Below the pieces are notes generated by a model that saw nothing but the letters and a program-made list of their open reading frames with translations, did not search any database and was not told the origin of the DNA. A stretch of 64,000 nucleotides of DNA from Candidatus Aenigmatarchaeota archaeon. Lineage in GTDB: Archaea; Aenigmatarchaeota; Aenigmatarchaeia; Aenigmatarchaeales; Aenigmatarchaeaceae. Shown in pieces: positions 59,237 to 64,000 of the stretch. The position numbers and the translations under genes were made by a program. Positions within the stretch are counted from its first letter, which is position 1. Each line of letters opens with the position of its first letter. The DNA lies in NCBI GenBank assembly GCA_043814985.1, contig JBDRJK010000001.1, forward strand, positions 1 through 64,000, written 5' to 3'.

Positions 59237-59488
59237 ATGGCAGACTTAATTATTGAGATAATCGGCTGGTTTGGCATGGCACTTGTATTAGTGGCATATC
59301 TTTTGATTACTACCAAGAAGGTCAAGATTGGATCTTTCATATATCATGGTTTGAATTTTATTGGAGCAATAACACTGGGATTCAATGCTCTAGCCAACGA
59401 GGCATACCCATCTGCTCTCTTGAATGCAATATGGTTGGTTATTGCAGTATACGGTCTACTGGAAGGTATGAAAATATTCAAAAGGTGA
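59237..59488 (+). CDS. small three-TM protein (CBU_0592-like)
   Basis: IGWFG...AY, LNFIGA and YPSALLNAIW motifs. Confidence 0.75.
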   Translation: MADLIIEIIGWFGMALVLVAYLLITTKKVKIGSFIYHGLNFIGAITLGFNALANEAYPSALLNAIWLVIAVYGLLEGMKIFKR

Positions 59489-59492
59489 TTGA

Positions 59493-59912
59493 ATGAAAAT
59501 AAGGAACGCAACATCAAAGGACAGAAAGAAGATAACTGAACTTTATTTCGGTCTTTATCCTGACTGGAAGAGGAAGGTTAAGGGAAAGGTACCACTAGAT
59601 ACGAAAGTCAAGAAGATTGTTCTTCTGGCTGAAGATAAAAAAGATGTTGTGGGGTTCTGTTGGGCCAATCTTATCCAACACGGCTTTTCAAAGTTCGGTT
59701 ACATCGAGGACTTGTTCGTCAGCGAGGGTTCCAGAAAAAAAGGTGTAGGAACCATGCTTGTCAAAAGAGTCGTAAAAGAGATGAAGAAAAAGGGAGTAGC
59801 AGCCATCTTCATCACAACCAGTAGGAAAAACAAAAATGCCATAGAATTTTACAAAAAATCAGGTTTCATAGTGGACAAGAATGTATGGTTGTACTGGAGC
59901 AGAAAAAAGTGA
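59493..59912 (+). CDS. GNAT acetyltransferase
   Basis: IEDLFVSEGSRKKGVG and NAIEFYKKSGF motifs. Confidence 0.9.
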   Translation: MKIRNATSKDRKKITELYFGLYPDWKRKVKGKVPLDTKVKKIVLLAEDKKDVVGFCWANLIQHGFSKFGYIEDLFVSEGSRKKGVGTMLVKRVVKEMKKKGVAAIFITTSRKNKNAIEFYKKSGFIVDKNVWLYWSRKK

Positions 59913-59916
59913 TTGA

Positions 59917-60657
59917 ATGGCAAAGATAAACTCGATTGTAAGATTTTTGAACAAGGAATTGAAAGTCAAAAAAATAAAAGACCCTTGGTGTAAGAACGGT
60001 CTTCAAGTAAAGTCATCTACTGAAGTGAAAAAAATTGGTTTGTCTGTAGATGCATGTATGGATGTTTTTGAAAAGGCCAAAAAGTTAAATTGCGACCTCA
60101 TTATAGTTCATCATGGTATTCTTAAGCCCAAACAAAAAGACACTACAGGTTTAATAAAGAAGCGTATGAAATTCCTGAAGAAAAACAAAATATCTCTGTA
60201 TGCTTCTCATCTTCCTTTAGACATTCATAAGAAATATGGTAACAATGCTAACATACTAAGAATGATTGGACTGGAACCAAAGGCTTCTTTCTCAGAAGTA
60301 GGATACCTAACATACTCGAAAGGTAGAAGCATTGACTCAATAGCAAAAGAATTGGGAAAGAAGTTGAAGACAAGATTTAAAATATGGAGATTTGGTAAAA
60401 AGAGGGTAAGAAAAATAGCTGTGAACTCAGGCTATGGCGGTCCTGAAGTTAGTCTGGCAATCAAGAAGGGTGTGGACCTTTTGATTGTTGGAGAGCTAGG
60501 TCATGGACCTTATCTTCGTGCAAAGGAAGGGAAATTAAACGTGATTTTAGGGGGCCATTACAAAACAGAAACAGTAGGTATCAAGATATTGGGAAATATA
60601 TTGGAAAGAGAGTTCGACTTAAAGACTGTCTTCATAGACAATCCAACGGGAATGTGA
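59917..60657 (+). CDS. Nif3/YbgI-like dinuclear metal protein
   Basis: NGLQV, VHHG, SHLPLDIH, GHYKTE and DNPTGM motifs. Confidence 0.92.
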   Translation: MAKINSIVRFLNKELKVKKIKDPWCKNGLQVKSSTEVKKIGLSVDACMDVFEKAKKLNCDLIIVHHGILKPKQKDTTGLIKKRMKFLKKNKISLYASHLPLDIHKKYGNNANILRMIGLEPKASFSEVGYLTYSKGRSIDSIAKELGKKLKTRFKIWRFGKKRVRKIAVNSGYGGPEVSLAIKKGVDLLIVGELGHGPYLRAKEGKLNVILGGHYKTETVGIKILGNILEREFDLKTVFIDNPTGM

Positions 60658-60742
60658 TTAAAATGATTTTTACAGAACTAAGACAAAAAAACTACTTGAA
60701 AAGGTTAAAGAGTATTACAAAGAGGCTGGTTTGAGTGATTAG

Positions 60743-62347
60743 ATGGTTGTAATTGAGATTAGCAAAAAGGATTTGTTGAATTTATTGGGAAAGGAAATGA
60801 CAGACGATGAAATAGAGGAAGTCCTGTTCCTGATAAAGATAGAGTCAAGGATTGACGGCGATGTCATAGAATGTGAGATGAATCCTGACAGGCCTGACTT
60901 TTTCTCTGTTGAGGGAATAGTAAGGTGGATGAAAGGCTTCTTGGAAATAGAAAGCGGTTTGAAAAAGTATGATGTCTCTGACTCAAAGGTTGTATTGAAA
61001 AAAGAGAACTCTGAAGTGAGACCATACATAGGATGCGGCATAATAAAGGATGTTGAGCTCACTGACAATCTGGTAAAGAGCCTGATGCAAGTCCAGGAAA
61101 AACTGCACGACAGCATTGGAAGGGGAAGGAAGAAGGTTGCGATTGGTGTTCATGATTTTGACAAGATGAAGCCTCCCCTGGTTTACAGGGATGTGGAAGA
61201 GGAGACATTTGTTCCTTTAGGCAAAACAAAAGAAATGACCATAAAGGAAATACTTACCAAGCATCCCAAGGGAGTTGCATTCGCGCATCTTGTAAAAGAC
61301 AAGTATCCTCTGATTTATGACAAGGAAGGTGTGATAAGTTTTCCTCCAATAATAAACTCTGAAAGAACCAGGGTAACTGAAAACACGAAAACATTATTCC
61401 TTGATGTTACAGGAACGGATGAGAAGACAGTCAATGTTGCATTGAACATACTGGCCTGCAACATACTAGAAAGGTGCGGTAAATTAGAAACAGTAAAGGT
61501 CGGCAACAAGAAGATGCCTGACCTCACACCAGTCCAGAAAACAATAGACATTGAATACATAAACAAAATCATAGGATTGGAATTAACCGGAGACGAAATA
61601 GTAAAATTATTTGAGAAGATGAGGTACAGCGCCTCAAAACCAAGAGGCGGTAAAATAACAGTCTCAATACCTCCTTATCGTGCTGACATACTGCATGCAA
61701 TTGACCTGGTAGAAGATGTTGCAATCGGTTATGGCTATAATAATCTGGAGCCAGAGATTCCTGAACTGGCAACAATTGGAAAAGAAGCTGGAATAGAAGT
61801 ATTGACAAGGAAGATAAGAGAGCTAATGGTCGGTTTGGAATGCCAGGAGATTGTCAACTTTGTTTTAACGAGCAAAGAGAACAACTTCTCAAAAATGAAT
61901 GTTGATGGGACTGCAGCAGAATTAATGAATCCTATATCAAGCGAATACACAATATGCAGGACATGGCTTCTTCCCTGTTTGATAAGGAACCTGGTGTCGA
62001 ACAAGCACAGGGACTACCCGCAGAGAATATTTGAAATAGGTGACTGCGTTGCTCTTGATGAAACAGAAGAAACAGGAACCAAGACTATCAGAAAGCTGGC
62101 AGGAGTTGTTTCATATGACAACACCAACCTGACAGAGATGAAGTCAATAATAGAGAGCGTCCTGAAGAATTTAGGATATGACTACCAGATAAATGATTAC
62201 AAGCATCCGAGCTTTATTGAGACAAGGGTCGGAGAGATAACAGTCAATGAAAAGCAGATAGGATTCTTCGGGGAAATCAAGCCTGAAATACTTGAGAAAT
62301 GGAAGCTTGAGAAACCAGTGATTGCCTTTGAGATCGAGGTTGTTTAG
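60743..62347 (+). CDS. pheT: phenylalanyl-tRNA synthetase beta subunit
   Basis: NPDRPD, QEKLH, FPPIINS and RADILHAIDLVEDVAIGYGY motifs. Confidence 0.96.
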   Translation: MVVIEISKKDLLNLLGKEMTDDEIEEVLFLIKIESRIDGDVIECEMNPDRPDFFSVEGIVRWMKGFLEIESGLKKYDVSDSKVVLKKENSEVRPYIGCGIIKDVELTDNLVKSLMQVQEKLHDSIGRGRKKVAIGVHDFDKMKPPLVYRDVEEETFVPLGKTKEMTIKEILTKHPKGVAFAHLVKDKYPLIYDKEGVISFPPIINSERTRVTENTKTLFLDVTGTDEKTVNVALNILACNILERCGKLETVKVGNKKMPDLTPVQKTIDIEYINKIIGLELTGDEIVKLFEKMRYSASKPRGGKITVSIPPYRADILHAIDLVEDVAIGYGYNNLEPEIPELATIGKEAGIEVLTRKIRELMVGLECQEIVNFVLTSKENNFSKMNVDGTAAELMNPISSEYTICRTWLLPCLIRNLVSNKHRDYPQRIFEIGDCVALDETEETGTKTIRKLAGVVSYDNTNLTEMKSIIESVLKNLGYDYQINDYKHPSFIETRVGEITVNEKQIGFFGEIKPEILEKWKLEKPVIAFEIEVV

Positions 62348-62944
62348 ATGGACAGCATGTTTCATTTCATATTCCCGATAATTGCCGCGCTTGCAGCAAG
62401 GCTGAATGTCAAGCATCCCATAAAGTCAATACTGGCAGCTGCTGTTTTAACAGTATTGATAGATGTGGACCACTTCATTGGTTTGGAAAGGGCGACATTC
62501 CATAATGTCTTTGTAATAATCCTACTTCCATTGGTATTGTTGTACCTAGCATTCCATTTCAGAATGAACCGTTATGCCAAAGGGTTCTTACTTCTATTGT
62601 TGGTATTTTCTTCAAGCCACCTTTTCCTAGATTTGTTCTCCTCGCCTAGCTTCGGAACCGGCATAGGAATAGTAGAAGGTGCGGGCCCTGCCTTGTTTTA
62701 CCCCCTAAGTAACACTCAGTACTCAATAGACTTCAACATAAAGATTCCAATGAGCACTGACAACCCGCCATACCTAATAGAAGGGTATGTGATATCTTCT
62801 CTAGGTTTTGGAATTTTATTGTATTTCATAATTATTTTGCTGCCCTGCCTGTTCTTGGATGACATAATAGAAATAGCAGAAAGAAAACGAGAAAACTTAG
62901 GAAAGGCAACACAGAGCTTCCTCAAGAAATCTTTTAGAGACTAG
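62348..62944 (+). CDS. membrane-bound metal-dependent hydrolase (YdjM-like)
   Basis: H...DVDH...RATFHN...SHLFLD pattern. Confidence 0.8.
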   Translation: MDSMFHFIFPIIAALAARLNVKHPIKSILAAAVLTVLIDVDHFIGLERATFHNVFVIILLPLVLLYLAFHFRMNRYAKGFLLLLLVFSSSHLFLDLFSSPSFGTGIGIVEGAGPALFYPLSNTQYSIDFNIKIPMSTDNPPYLIEGYVISSLGFGILLYFIIILLPCLFLDDIIEIAERKRENLGKATQSFLKKSFRD

Positions 62945-63705
62945 TCCCACCAGAAGAACAATCTTTCAAAAAAGCTCTTCTTCTTGGCTCCGTAATAAGT
63001 TTCGCCAAGTATCCTTGATGCGAGCTTCTGGAACTGTATCGATGATTTGCTTCTTGGTTTGTGATGTACAACAGGAGTTTTTTTAGAAATTGACTTGGGA
63101 ACAGCCAAATCCTCAGGAATTATAGAGATTATCGGGACCTCAAGCATGGACCTTATCTCGTCCATTGACAATTCATGACTCATACCCCTGACCCTGTTTA
63201 CCACGACTCCCAAAACATTGGTATTGTTGTCCTGGGCTATCTTTATTGTCTTCAAAGCGTCTGCAACAGCTGGCAGCTCTGGATTGGTCACAATCAAAAT
63301 ATCGTCTGCAACATCCATTGCAGTCAATGCCTCCTTTCCAAGACCAGCTGCAGAGTCAACAATGATTATGTCGTTCTTGTCAACAAGGTGTGAGAGTGCC
63401 TTTTCCAACTTGCTCATGTCAATTCCTTTCAAAGCTTCAGTTGACAATGAAGCAGGAACTATCTTCAACCCAGTGTGATGGTCGTAGATGGCTGATTCTA
63501 TAGGCGTGTCATTCCTTAGAACATCATGAAGAGTGACTGGATAGAGAGGAATGCCTAAATGTAAGCTTAAATTGGGCGTTGTGACATTGGCGTCGAGTAT
63601 TGTTACCTTCTTTCCCCTCTTCACCAAGGCAGTACCAAGATTAGAAACCAAAGTTGTTTTGCCAACACCACCTTTTCCAGACAATACAGATATTATCCTT
63701 GCCAT
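62941..63705 (-). CDS. minD: MinD-family ATPase (archaeal)
   Basis: SGKGGVGKTT, DSAAGLG, VTNPE and IPED motifs; C-terminal amphipathic SFFERLFFWW. Confidence 0.92.
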   Translation of the reverse strand: MARIISVLSGKGGVGKTTLVSNLGTALVKRGKKVTILDANVTTPNLSLHLGIPLYPVTLHDVLRNDTPIESAIYDHHTGLKIVPASLSTEALKGIDMSKLEKALSHLVDKNDIIIVDSAAGLGKEALTAMDVADDILIVTNPELPAVADALKTIKIAQDNNTNVLGVVVNRVRGMSHELSMDEIRSMLEVPIISIIPEDLAVPKSISKKTPVVHHKPRSKSSIQFQKLASRILGETYYGAKKKSFFERLFFWWD

Positions 63706-63743
63706 TTAACCAAAAAATAATTTGTTTAATACAGATAAAAAGA

Positions 63744-63968
63744 TTATTCAGAGCAACTTATTGACTCATATACGAATTTTTCTATAGAATAATCTTCTTT
63801 GAAACCTATTTTAGGATCGATTAATTTCAAATCACCAACAACTCCCTCACACCTTTCCAAGTCACTGGGTGGGTCCATAAAAGCTAGAGACAAGTTCTCT
63901 CCTTGGTAACAATTGAGCACTTTACATCTTTTCTTACAGCCTTCTCTATCACAGCTTGCTCTATACAA
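63744..63968 (-). CDS. hypothetical Cys-containing protein (may start beyond the window edge)
   Basis: ORF near the window end, AT-rich. Confidence 0.45.
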   Translation of the reverse strand: MYRASCDREGCKKRCKVLNCYQGENLSLAFMDPPSDLERCEGVVGDLKLIDPKIGFKEDYSIEKFVYESISCSE

Positions 63969-64000
63969 AATTCTTTGGTCGTCAGGATTTGATTCAATTA

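Noticed and set aside
1..64000. Numerous antisense or nested ORFs in the six-frame track; CRISPR arrays; rRNA; IS elements; stop-codon reassignment
   Set aside because: Shadow ORFs overlap well-supported genes and lack motifs; no spaced repeats, rRNA-like tracts or transposases were seen; all three stop codons terminate conserved genes at expected positions

Overview
AT-rich, gene-dense archaeal chromosome segment using the standard code (TAA, TAG and TGA are all stops). The compact genes, thermosome, TopoVI, pelota, aIF-1A, archaeal PheRS/TrpRS/GlyRS, S-layer and tRNA-Ile(UAU) point to a DPANN-type archaeon (inference). It carries housekeeping genes, 8 tRNAs (two with introns), a lipid head-group cluster (carS, CDP-alcohol transferase, DedA), an S-layer gene with a structured 5' leader, and a type IV pilus locus whose ATPase is frameshifted in an A6 run at the Walker A motif. 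The most unusual block is 18268-25936: four lipoproteins and one polytopic Zn-ribbon membrane protein that share the same unnamed extracellular domain, a candidate undescribed surface apparatus. Other points of note are two tiny Lys-rich peptide genes, two unannotated Zn-ribbon microproteins (one apparently ATT-initiated), an EndA that appears to lack the usual catalytic Lys, and a Cdc6/Orc1 lacking its winged helix. No CRISPR array, rRNA, transposase or integrase was seen. All family calls come from recognising motifs by eye; no searches were run.
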